A DNA stretch of 53,530 bases from a bacterium (GTDB taxonomy: Bacteria; Acidobacteriota; Blastocatellia; HR10), in NCBI GenBank assembly GCA_041640655.1, contig JBEPZV010000016.1, positions 1 to 53,530 of the forward strand. The letters are read 5' to 3'. A program made the position numbers and the translations under genes. Under the pieces are notes generated by a model, which ran no database searches, was not told the origin of the DNA, and saw nothing but the letters and a program-made list of their open reading frames with translations. Below are positions 18,643 to 27,225 of this stretch, piece by piece (position 1 is the first letter of the stretch; every line of letters starts with the position of its first letter).

Positions 18643-21600
18643 ATGCTGAGACGGAAGCGGATGGGGCGCTCACTGGGCGTCGCGCTTTTCCTCCTCGCGA
18701 TCGTCGCCTGCCCTTCTCCTTCGCGTTTGCTCCTCTGGGGCCAAGAGCCGAGGCCGGAATCGAAGCCGGAGGAGAAGAGAGAAGAGCTGCCCATCACACC
18801 GACGGAGACGATCGAGTTCGTGACGGACGAGGGCACGTGGATGTCGCTGGATGTCTCTCCCGATGGCCAGATGATCGTCTTCGATCTTCTGGGGGATCTC
18901 TATGTATTGCCCATCACCGGCGGTGAAGCGAAGCGCATCTTCGGTGGGATGTCCTTCGAGAGCCAGCCGAAGTTCTCGCCCGATGGGAAGAGGGTCGTCT
19001 TCCTCAGTGACCGCAGTGGGGCTGAGAACGTGTGGGTGGCCAATGCCGATGGCTCCGATCCGAGGCCGGTGACGAAAGGGCGCAACCAGATGTTCGCGTC
19101 GCCGACGTGGACGCCGGATGGCCGCTACATCGTCGTCTCCCGCTCGACCGATCCGATCGGGACGTTCTCCCTCTGGATGTATCACCTCGAGGGAGGAACG
19201 GGCGTTCAGATCGGGCCGCCGGATCCCCCGCTTCCCGAACCGGACTCGCAAGAACCGGCCCGGCCTCGCCAGAATAAACTGGGAGCGGTCGTCTCGCCTG
19301 ATGGGCGATATCTCTACTATTCCGTGCGCACGGGAGCGTTCACCTACAACGCGATGTTTCCCCTCTGGCAGATCGTTCGCTTCGACCGCGAGACGGGAGA
19401 GACGACGACCCTCACCAACGCTCAGGGGAGCGCCATGCGGCCTGTTCTCTCGCCCGACGGGAAGATGCTCGTCTATGCGACTCGGTATGAGAATGGAACG
19501 GGCCTGCGCATCCGCGACCTCGAGACGGGCGAGGAGCGCTGGCTGATCTATCCGGTCACGCGCGACGATCAGGAATCGCGCGCGACGCGCGATACGATGC
19601 CCGGATATGCCTTCCTCCCTGATGGGCGGGCGCTCATCGTTCCCATCGAAGGCAAGATCTGGCGCGTGGATGTCGAGACGGGGCACCGCACACTGATCCC
19701 TTTCACGGCCAAAGTCGAAGCTGAGATCGGCCCGCGCGTCTACTTCCAGTATCGAGTGGATGACAGTCCGATGGTGCGCGCGCGTTTGATTCGCTGGCCC
19801 ACCCTCTCTCCGGATGGTCGGCGTTTGGCCTTCACCGCGTTCAACAGGATTTGGATCATGGAGTGGCCTTCGGGGACGCCGCGACGTCTGACGAATGCCT
19901 CCGTCGGAGAATTCATGCCCACGTGGTCTCCCGATGGCCGGTACATCGCCTACGTGACATGGACACCACAGGGCGGTCACATCTTCCGCGCGGCCGCTGA
20001 TGGGAGTTCACCGCCAGAGCCACTGACCCGCCGTCCGGCGTACTACTCCTCTCCCGTCTACTCGCCCGATGGATCCAAGATCATCTTCATCTCCGGTCCG
20101 ACGCGGCAACACCTGTATGCGGAACTCCGAGAGCGCCTTTCCGGACCGCCCTCGGACCTCCTTTCCGAAGGAATCCACGCCACGGAGATCACGGGCATTT
20201 CGCCGAGGGTTGGACTGGACTTGCGGTGGATTCCCGCCGAAGGGGGAGAGTCCCGGCTCATCGGGCCGACGCAAGGAGGGACTTCGCCCCACTTCGCTCG
20301 TGAGCCCGACCGCATCTACATGACGACGTCGCGCGGCTTGGTCTCGCTGCGACTTGATGGATTGGATCGGCGCACCCACTTCCGCGTGCGCGGCTCGGCT
20401 CCCGGTCCTTTCCCGCCCGATGCTGAGGAGATTCGGCTCTCGCCCGATGGCGAGCGCGCTTTCATCAGCTTGCAGAACAAGCTCTACCTGATTCCCGTCC
20501 CAAAGGCCGGACGCGAGACGATCACCATCACGATCACGCCAAATGGACCATCGGCCGTGCCCGTGAAGCGGCTCTCTCTGGAGGGCGGCGATTATCTCAA
20601 CTGGACGGCGGATGGGAAGGCGATCACGTGGTCCTGGGGAGCGAGATTTTACCGGCAAGACCTCTCGGCTGAGAAACCGGACGTGACGGACGTCATCGTT
20701 GAAGTCCCCCGGGCGCGACCGACCGGCACGATTGTCCTGAGCGGTGCCAGACTCATCACGATGAAGGGCGATGAGGTCATCGAGCGGGGCGACATCGTCA
20801 TCACCGGAAATCGCATCGCGGCGATCGGTCCCAAAGGCCGAGTCCCTATTCCCGCCGACGCTCGCATCCTCGACGTGACCGGGAAGACGATCATCCCGGG
20901 CTTTGTGGACGTCCACGCGCACATGTGGCCGCCGCGCGGCATCCATCAGACGCAAGTGTGGCAATATCTGGCCAATCTCGCCTACGGCGTCACGACCACA
21001 CGTGATCCACAGAGTTCGACGACCGACGTCTTCGCGTACGCCGATCTGGTCGAGGCTGGTGAGATCCTCGGACCGCGCATCTTCTCGACCGGCCCCGGAG
21101 TCTTCTCGCGCTCGGGGCTCGATGACCTGGAGGCGACGCGCGCCTTCCTCAAGCGATACAAAGAGGCGTATCAGACGAACACGCTGAAGCAGTACGTGGC
21201 GGGCGATCGAATCGTGCGGCAGTGGGTGGCGATAGCCTGCCGAGAGTTGGGGATCACGCCGACGACCGAAGGGGCGCTCGATATGAAACTCGATCTCACG
21301 CAGATGGCCGACGGCTTCTCCGGACAGGAACACGCGCTCCCGATTCAACCGCTCTACAAGGACGTCATCGAGTTCGTCGCGCGAACGAAGACCTTTTATA
21401 CCCCCACGATCCTGGTGGCTTACGGAGCGCCATTCACGGAGAACTACTACTTCGAATCGGACGACGTGCATGGAAATCAGAAACTGCGCCGCTTCATCCC
21501 TCACGAGATCTTAGACACGATGGTCCGACGTCGGCGCCAGTGGTTCCTGGCTGAGGAATACGGACACACGGGGATCGCTCGCGCCTGTGCGGCCATCGTT

Positions 21601-21987
21601 CGCGCTGGCGGGCGCGTGTGCCTCGGCAGTCACGGACAGCTTCAAGGTCTCGGCGCGCATTGGGAGCTGTGGAGCATCGCTTCGGGTGGGATGTCTCCCC
21701 ATGAGGCGTTGAAGGTCGCGACGATCTTCGGCGCCGAAGCGATCGGCCTGCAGCAAGACCTCGGATCGCTCGAAGTCGGCAAGCTCGCGGATCTCATCGT
21801 GCTCGATCGGAATCCGCTCACGGACATTCGCCACACGACGAGCATCCGCTACGTGATGAAAAGTGGCTTCCTCTTCGACGGCGACACGCTCGATCAGCTC
21901 TGGCCTGTGTCGAAGAAGCTGGAGCGTCAGTACTGGTGGGAGGATGATCCTCCCATCGCCACGATGAACAAAGAGCCGCGCACCTGA
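18643..21987 (+). CDS. secreted amidohydrolase with N-terminal TolB-like/PD40 beta-propellers
   Basis: Signal peptide, EGTWMSLDVSPDG, many SPDG repeats, PGFVDVHAH, GSHGQ, GKLADLIVLDRNP; start uncertain (18643/18661). Confidence 0.87.
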   Translation: MLRRKRMGRSLGVALFLLAIVACPSPSRLLLWGQEPRPESKPEEKREELPITPTETIEFVTDEGTWMSLDVSPDGQMIVFDLLGDLYVLPITGGEAKRIFGGMSFESQPKFSPDGKRVVFLSDRSGAENVWVANADGSDPRPVTKGRNQMFASPTWTPDGRYIVVSRSTDPIGTFSLWMYHLEGGTGVQIGPPDPPLPEPDSQEPARPRQNKLGAVVSPDGRYLYYSVRTGAFTYNAMFPLWQIVRFDRETGETTTLTNAQGSAMRPVLSPDGKMLVYATRYENGTGLRIRDLETGEERWLIYPVTRDDQESRATRDTMPGYAFLPDGRALIVPIEGKIWRVDVETGHRTLIPFTAKVEAEIGPRVYFQYRVDDSPMVRARLIRWPTLSPDGRRLAFTAFNRIWIMEWPSGTPRRLTNASVGEFMPTWSPDGRYIAYVTWTPQGGHIFRAAADGSSPPEPLTRRPAYYSSPVYSPDGSKIIFISGPTRQHLYAELRERLSGPPSDLLSEGIHATEITGISPRVGLDLRWIPAEGGESRLIGPTQGGTSPHFAREPDRIYMTTSRGLVSLRLDGLDRRTHFRVRGSAPGPFPPDAEEIRLSPDGERAFISLQNKLYLIPVPKAGRETITITITPNGPSAVPVKRLSLEGGDYLNWTADGKAITWSWGARFYRQDLSAEKPDVTDVIVEVPRARPTGTIVLSGARLITMKGDEVIERGDIVITGNRIAAIGPKGRVPIPADARILDVTGKTIIPGFVDVHAHMWPPRGIHQTQVWQYLANLAYGVTTTRDPQSSTTDVFAYADLVEAGEILGPRIFSTGPGVFSRSGLDDLEATRAFLKRYKEAYQTNTLKQYVAGDRIVRQWVAIACRELGITPTTEGALDMKLDLTQMADGFSGQEHALPIQPLYKDVIEFVARTKTFYTPTILVAYGAPFTENYYFESDDVHGNQKLRRFIPHEILDTMVRRRRQWFLAEEYGHTGIARACAAIVRAGGRVCLGSHGQLQGLGAHWELWSIASGGMSPHEALKVATIFGAEAIGLQQDLGSLEVGKLADLIVLDRNPLTDIRHTTSIRYVMKSGFLFDGDTLDQLWPVSKKLERQYWWEDDPPIATMNKEPRT

Positions 21988-22056
21988 TCGTCGCCGACGA
22001 TCTGGACGAAGGATTGGGCCCTCACCTCGGGCCCGATCTATCGTCCGGCGCGCGCT

Positions 22057-23403
22057 TCACCCCTCAATCGAGGCCTGGCAGCGCTCGTCCCTCTCCCGTT
22101 CGATCTCCGCGCCGAGGGAGCGAAGCGCGATATCGAGCCGATCATATCCCCGCTCCAAATGCTCGACCCCCTCGATCACGCTCTCCCCATGCGCGGCGAG
22201 CGCTGCCAGAAGGAGCGCCGCCCCGCCCCGAATGTCCGTCACCCGCACCGTCGCCGGGTGAAGCGGCGCCGGACCATGAATGCGCATAGCGTGGAAGAAT
22301 TCGGGGCGATCGTCCTCGAGGTTGAAGTTGTACACGGCGTCCGGATCCTCGACGGGGGGATTGAAGAACTCGATGCGCGCGCCCATCCGCTGCAACTCCC
22401 GCGCGTAGTGAAAGCGGTCTTCGAAGACGGTCTCATGAAGGACGCTCACGCCGTGAGCCCGTGTGAGCACCGGAGCGATGAGCGGCTGCCAATCGGTCAT
22501 GAAGCCCGGATGCGGCGCCGTTCGAATGAACACCGGCCGCAAGGGCTCTTGAGACCAGACGCGCCACGTCGTCCCGACACACGCGAATCCTGCGCCCATC
22601 TCCTCCAACACGGCGAGGAACGCGCGCACATCAGCCGGTCGCACATCTTCGATCTCGATGTCTCCTCCCGTCACCAGCGCCGCGCAGGCGAAGGTGACCG
22701 CTTCGTTGCGATCTGGCAACACGCGATGCCGAGCGCCGCGCAACCGCGAGACGCCCTCGATGCGAATCGTTCGCCGATCCGTGCGACGAATGCGCGCCCC
22801 CATCGCCGTCAGGAAGGCGATGAGATCATCCACCTCGGGCTCTTCGGCAGCGTTCTCCAAGACGGTCTCTCCGCGCGCGCACGCGGCCGCCAGAAGCATG
22901 GCCTCGGTCCCCGTGTGCGTATTCTTGGGGAAGCGATATCGCGCGCCGCGCAACTGTTTGGCGCGAACGCGCAGATACTCGCCACACTCGTCTACGTGCG
23001 CGCCCATAGCCTCGAGTCCGGCGAGGAGGCGATCCAGAGGGCGCCGCCCGATTTGATCTCCTCCGGGCTGAGGGACGCTCGCCTCACCGAAGCGCACAAG
23101 CAGCGGTATCAGCAAAAGCGGCGAAGCCCGGGTTCGGTCCACCGAGCCTGCGCGCACGTGCGCGTCCTGAAGGGAGCGCGGATCAATGATCCACGTCGTT
23201 GGATCGGAGCGCGTCGCTCGCCCTCCTAGACTCTCGATCGCGCGCGCGACGATGCGCACGTCCTCGACATCAGGGACGTTCTCCAAGACGCTCGGGCCGT
23301 CGGCCAAGAGGGCAGCGATCATCGCTTTGAACGCCGTATTCTTGGCCCCGCCGACGCGCACGCGCCCGCTGAGCGGTCGTCCGCCTCGGACTTTCCACCT
23401 CAT
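22057..23403 (-). CDS. murA: UDP-N-acetylglucosamine 1-carboxyvinyltransferase (Asp at the Cys115-equivalent position)
   Basis: GAKN, RAS, PGGDQIGRRP, PGFMTD, FEDRF, DIRGGAA, ERGY; ATG overlaps the murB stop. Confidence 0.93.
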   Translation of the reverse strand: MRWKVRGGRPLSGRVRVGGAKNTAFKAMIAALLADGPSVLENVPDVEDVRIVARAIESLGGRATRSDPTTWIIDPRSLQDAHVRAGSVDRTRASPLLLIPLLVRFGEASVPQPGGDQIGRRPLDRLLAGLEAMGAHVDECGEYLRVRAKQLRGARYRFPKNTHTGTEAMLLAAACARGETVLENAAEEPEVDDLIAFLTAMGARIRRTDRRTIRIEGVSRLRGARHRVLPDRNEAVTFACAALVTGGDIEIEDVRPADVRAFLAVLEEMGAGFACVGTTWRVWSQEPLRPVFIRTAPHPGFMTDWQPLIAPVLTRAHGVSVLHETVFEDRFHYARELQRMGARIEFFNPPVEDPDAVYNFNLEDDRPEFFHAMRIHGPAPLHPATVRVTDIRGGAALLLAALAAHGESVIEGVEHLERGYDRLDIALRSLGAEIERERDERCQASIEG

Positions 23404-24335
23404 GCGTCCCACGCCCCCAGGTATCGAATCTCCTCCTCCAGCAGAATGCCGAACCGATCGCGCACGGCCGCCTTCGCCAGCGCGATCAGCGCCCGAATCT
23501 CCCGCGCCGTCGCTCCGCCGACGTTGAGGATGAAGTTGGCATGCTTCTCGGAGATCTGCGCTCCCCCCAACCGATACCCCTTCAACCCGCAGGCCTCGAT
23601 CAGGCGACCGGCGTAATCCCCCGGAGGATTCTTGAAGACGGAGCCCGTGCTCGGCCCCGAAGGTTGATGCTTCCGCGCTTCGAGCATCCGCTGCATCCTC
23701 GCCTCGATATCGGAGCGCGATGCCCGATACCCCCGCAGCCGGGCCGCGAGCACCACGTCGCTCGTTCGTTGAAATCGGCTCCGCCGGTACCCGAAGTCCA
23801 ACTGCGAGGACGGCCAGACGACCACCTCACCCCGATCATCCACCACCTCTACATCGAGCACGCGCTCGCCGATCCATTCCTCCCGCGTCCCCGCATTTCC
23901 GACGATCGCTCCCCCCAACGTTCCGGGAATTCCAACGAGGAACTCAAACCCTCCGATCCCGGCCTCACACGCGCGGCGCGCCAGGGCCACGAGATTCGTC
24001 CCCGATTCGGCCCGGATCTCCTCCCCACGCACCGCCACGCCTTCGGCGCGATTGAGGATGACGAGCCCTGGGATTCCGGCATCGGAGACGAGGACATTAG
24101 CTCCGTATCCAAGGACCGTCACTGGCAGCCGAGCCTCGCGCGCCACGCGAACGGCAGCCACCAGGTCCGCTCGCGTGCGGGCGATGAAGAACCATTCGGC
24201 CGGTCCTCCCACGCGCCAATTGACATAGGGCGCCAGTCGCTCGCGACGCCGAAGCCGCCCCGGTCCCAACTGCCTTTCGAAGGCGCGCGCGAATTCGACG
24301 GCCGCCACCTCGGCGACTTCGCTCTTCTCGACCAT
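23400..24335 (-). CDS. murB: UDP-N-acetylmuramate dehydrogenase
   Basis: VGGPA, GYGANVL, GIPGTLGGA, FGYRRS, GSVFKNP, SEKHANF. Confidence 0.95.
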   Translation of the reverse strand: MVEKSEVAEVAAVEFARAFERQLGPGRLRRRERLAPYVNWRVGGPAEWFFIARTRADLVAAVRVAREARLPVTVLGYGANVLVSDAGIPGLVILNRAEGVAVRGEEIRAESGTNLVALARRACEAGIGGFEFLVGIPGTLGGAIVGNAGTREEWIGERVLDVEVVDDRGEVVVWPSSQLDFGYRRSRFQRTSDVVLAARLRGYRASRSDIEARMQRMLEARKHQPSGPSTGSVFKNPPGDYAGRLIEACGLKGYRLGGAQISEKHANFILNVGGATAREIRALIALAKAAVRDRFGILLEEEIRYLGAWDA

Positions 24336-24363
24336 CTCGCTCCTTGATGGGCGCCAGCGCAGC

Positions 24364-25212
24364 TCAACTCATGCGGAGAATCTCTTCCAAAGCCGTGCGC
24401 CCGTCGGTCCGCTCATCGCGATATTTCACGATGAGCGGGGTCAGAATCGAGAGCCCGTGGGCGCGCGCGAACTCTCCGGGAGCTGGCCGTGCGCCTGGGA
24501 CGACAACCGCGCCCTCCGGAATCACCAGCGGCTCCTCACGCGTGCCGCGATAGATGCGCTCGTGCACGAGATCATAGACCGGCGTCGAGCCGGTCAGGAT
24601 CACGCCCGCGCCCAACACGGCCCGCCGTTTGACGATCGTCCCTTCGAAGATGCCGCACTGGCTCCCCACGAGCACCTCATCCTCGATGATGACCGGCCAT
24701 GCCCCGGGAGGCTCCAGCACCCCACCGATCTGCGCTCCGGCGCTCAAGTGCACGCGCCTGCCGATCTGCGCGCAGGAGCCGACCAGCACATGGGAATCCA
24801 CCATCGTCCCCTCGTCCACGTATGCCCCCACGTTGATGTATGAAGGGGGCATGACGATGACGCCCGGCGCCAGATACGCCCCATCGCGAATCGTCGTCCC
24901 CCCGGGCACGATGCGAATCCCCAGGCGCATCCCCTCGAGCGCCTTCAAGGGATAGGTGTCCTTGTCGAAGAATCGGAACTGCGCGTTGATCGAATAGTCG
25001 GCGAGCGCGCCGATGCGGAATCCGAGCAAGATGCCCTTCTTCACCCAAGGGTTCACGATCCACTGCCCCCGAACGGGTTCAGCGGCTCGGATCCGCCCTT
25101 CGTTGAGCTGCCGTTTGAACTCCTCGAAGATCGGACGCCCCCTCTGCCGCGCCTCCTCAACGGGCGCGTCAAAGAGCCGTTCGATCTCAGCTCTGAGCCG
25201 CGTGTGCTCCAT
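24364..25212 (-). CDS. dapD: tetrahydrodipicolinate N-succinyltransferase
   Basis: [37 protein letters not shown] hexapeptide repeats. Confidence 0.93.
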   Translation of the reverse strand: MEHTRLRAEIERLFDAPVEEARQRGRPIFEEFKRQLNEGRIRAAEPVRGQWIVNPWVKKGILLGFRIGALADYSINAQFRFFDKDTYPLKALEGMRLGIRIVPGGTTIRDGAYLAPGVIVMPPSYINVGAYVDEGTMVDSHVLVGSCAQIGRRVHLSAGAQIGGVLEPPGAWPVIIEDEVLVGSQCGIFEGTIVKRRAVLGAGVILTGSTPVYDLVHERIYRGTREEPLVIPEGAVVVPGARPAPGEFARAHGLSILTPLIVKYRDERTDGRTALEEILRMS

Positions 25213-26116
25213 GTCCTGCTCCCGCCGGAATGAGATTCAGATCGGCGAGGATCTGCCGCAGCCGCTCGCGCGTCTCCGCGCGCGGCGGGACCAGCGGCAG
25301 GCGATAATTTTCCTCGATCAGCCCCATCATGGCCAGGGCAGCTTTGACGGGGATCGGGTTCGTCTCCAGGAAATTCCCGCGCATGAGCGGCAGCAGCCGA
25401 TAATGGAGCGCGCGGGCGCGCGCCCAATCTCCGGCGAGCGCCGCCGCCACCAGCTCCCGCATCTCGGCCGGCGTCTGATTGGCGATGACGGAGATCACCC
25501 CATCCCCTCCGAGCGCGAGAATCGGCAACGTCCACGCGTCGTCTCCGGAGAGGACGAGGAATCCCTGCGGTCGCACGCGCAAAAGCTCCATGATCTGCTC
25601 CAGGTTCCCCGACGCCTCCTTGATGCCGATGATGTTCGGAATCTCCGCCAGACGCAAGACCGTCCTCACGTCCAGATTGCATCCGGTCCGACTCGGCACA
25701 TTGTAGAGGATCACGGGGAGGCGCACCGACTCCGCGATCGCTCGGAAGTGCTCGTAGAGCCCCTCTTGCGTCGGCCGATTGTAGTACGGGGTGACCGAGA
25801 GCACGGCGTCGGCCCCCGCTCGCTCAGCTTGCCGCGCCAGCTCCACGGCTTCCTCGGTCGCGTTCGTCCCAGCTCCCGCGATCACGGGCACACGCCCACG
25901 AACGCGCTCGACGACGCGGCGAATGATCTCACGCTGCTCCTCCGGATGCAGCGTGGCGCTCTCGCCCGTCGTCCCACAGGGGACGAGTCCATCCATTCCC
26001 GCCTCGAGCTGGAAATCCACCAGCGCCTCCAACCGCGCATAATCCACCTGCCCATCGCGCCGAAACGGCGTGACCAAAGCGACAAAGCATCCGCGAAATC
26101 GGCTCGTTCCAGTCAT
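25187..26116 (-). CDS. dapA: 4-hydroxy-tetrahydrodipicolinate synthase
   Basis: [39 protein letters not shown]. Confidence 0.96.
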   Translation of the reverse strand: MTGTSRFRGCFVALVTPFRRDGQVDYARLEALVDFQLEAGMDGLVPCGTTGESATLHPEEQREIIRRVVERVRGRVPVIAGAGTNATEEAVELARQAERAGADAVLSVTPYYNRPTQEGLYEHFRAIAESVRLPVILYNVPSRTGCNLDVRTVLRLAEIPNIIGIKEASGNLEQIMELLRVRPQGFLVLSGDDAWTLPILALGGDGVISVIANQTPAEMRELVAAALAGDWARARALHYRLLPLMRGNFLETNPIPVKAALAMMGLIEENYRLPLVPPRAETRERLRQILADLNLIPAGAGHGAHAAQS

Positions 26117-26865
26117 ATGCCTCCTCCTTGAAGACAGTGATCCACGACCTCCTCGAACGAAAAGATGCCTCGACGGTCTTTCACAAACCGGGCAGCGGCG
26201 AGAGCTCCCAGGGCGAAGGCCCGCCGATGGCGGACCGTGTGCGTGATCTCCAGAGTCTCAAACGGAGCGTCGAACCCCACCAGGTGCGTCCCCGGATGCG
26301 CGCCAGCGCGCACCGAAGCGACGCTGATCCCCTCAGACGGGATGCGCCCCTCAAGTCGCGTGACCAGGTGCGTCTTCTGCTCCAGATGCTCGAGCAGAAT
26401 CCGCCCCAAGCGAAGTGCTGTACCGCTCGGATGGTCGGCCTTCCGCCGATGATGCCACTCGACGACGTAGGGATCGAAATCGGAGAGATGCCGAAAGAGA
26501 CGCGCGCCGTACGCCACCAGGCGAAAGAGCACGTGGATGCCCAGGCAGAAATTCGGTCCATAGACGAACCCGATCTCCGCGCGCTCGACTACCGGTCGCA
26601 CGTCATCCCACCGATCGTACCACCCGGTCGTGCCGACGACCATGGGCTTGCGCGCCTCGGCAACCCGCTGAATATTGGTCACGACGGCCTGCGGCGTGGA
26701 GAAATCCACGCAGACATCCACTTCGCGCAGAGCTTCGGCGGTCAGCCCTCGCCCCTCCGGATTCGTGCGCGAGGTGAAGACGGGCCCGACTTGAAAGCCC
26801 GCCTCAAGAGCCGCCCGTTCGACTTCTCGCCCCATTTGCCCGTATCCGATCAACGCGATGCGCAT
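26113..26865 (-). CDS. dapB: 4-hydroxy-tetrahydrodipicolinate reductase
   Basis: GYGQMG, DFS, GTTG, EWHHRRKADHPSGTA; GGAGGT SD before ATG 26865. Confidence 0.93.
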   Translation of the reverse strand: MRIALIGYGQMGREVERAALEAGFQVGPVFTSRTNPEGRGLTAEALREVDVCVDFSTPQAVVTNIQRVAEARKPMVVGTTGWYDRWDDVRPVVERAEIGFVYGPNFCLGIHVLFRLVAYGARLFRHLSDFDPYVVEWHHRRKADHPSGTALRLGRILLEHLEQKTHLVTRLEGRIPSEGISVASVRAGAHPGTHLVGFDAPFETLEITHTVRHRRAFALGALAAARFVKDRRGIFSFEEVVDHCLQGGGI

Positions 26866-26875
26866 CGCGACCTCC

Positions 26876-26914
26876 AAAATAAAAAGCCCCTCGAAACCGA
26901 GGGTTTCGAGGGGC
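26876..26914 (-). terminator. intrinsic terminator within the dapB leader (attenuator)
   Basis: Minus strand GCCCCTCGAAACC-ctc-GGTTTCGAGGGGC-TTTTTATTTT: perfect 13-bp stem with U-tract, immediately before the dapB SD. Confidence 0.9.
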
Positions 26915-26939
26915 CCGATCCACACCGGCCCGGATGGGG

Positions 26940-27104
26940 CTACGTCACCCCCCCAGGCCGAGGAGGACCGAGCCCCGTGCGCTTAACCCGCTTCATCTCC
27001 ACACGTTCGCGCAGGGTATGATCACCTGCTTGAGCGAAGACGCCCGACGCGCTCCCACGCGCTTCACCGACCGCCCAGTTCATCGTTCGCGCTTCCGCGT
27101 TCAT
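26940..27104 (-). CDS. putative leader peptide of the dap operon (54 aa, or 18 aa from ATG 26996)
   Basis: ORF ending MKRVKRTGLGPPRPGGVT*; its only two Lys codons precede an antiterminator-forming segment. Confidence 0.5.
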   Translation of the reverse strand: MNAEARTMNWAVGEARGSASGVFAQAGDHTLRERVEMKRVKRTGLGPPRPGGVT

Positions 27105-27113
27105 CGCGTGATG

Positions 27114-27142
27114 AGGATGCCACATCTCCCTCATGGTGTCAA
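27114..27142 (-). promoter_or_regulatory. putative sigma70 promoter of the dap-mur operon
   Basis: Minus strand TTGACA (27142-27137), 17 bp, CATCCT (27119-27114). Confidence 0.55.
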
Positions 27143-27225
27143 GCCGATCATCGCGCGCCTCTCGCGATATGACGAGCTGGCGCTCACGAAAGCTGAGAAC
27201 GGGCGCCGCCGGGGAAGACCACCCC

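Noticed and set aside
26876..27110. Lysine riboswitch or T-box upstream of dapB
   Set aside because: No AGAGGyGC L-box start and no GGTGGnACC T-box consensus seen; leader-peptide geometry fits better (an Rfam scan is still needed)
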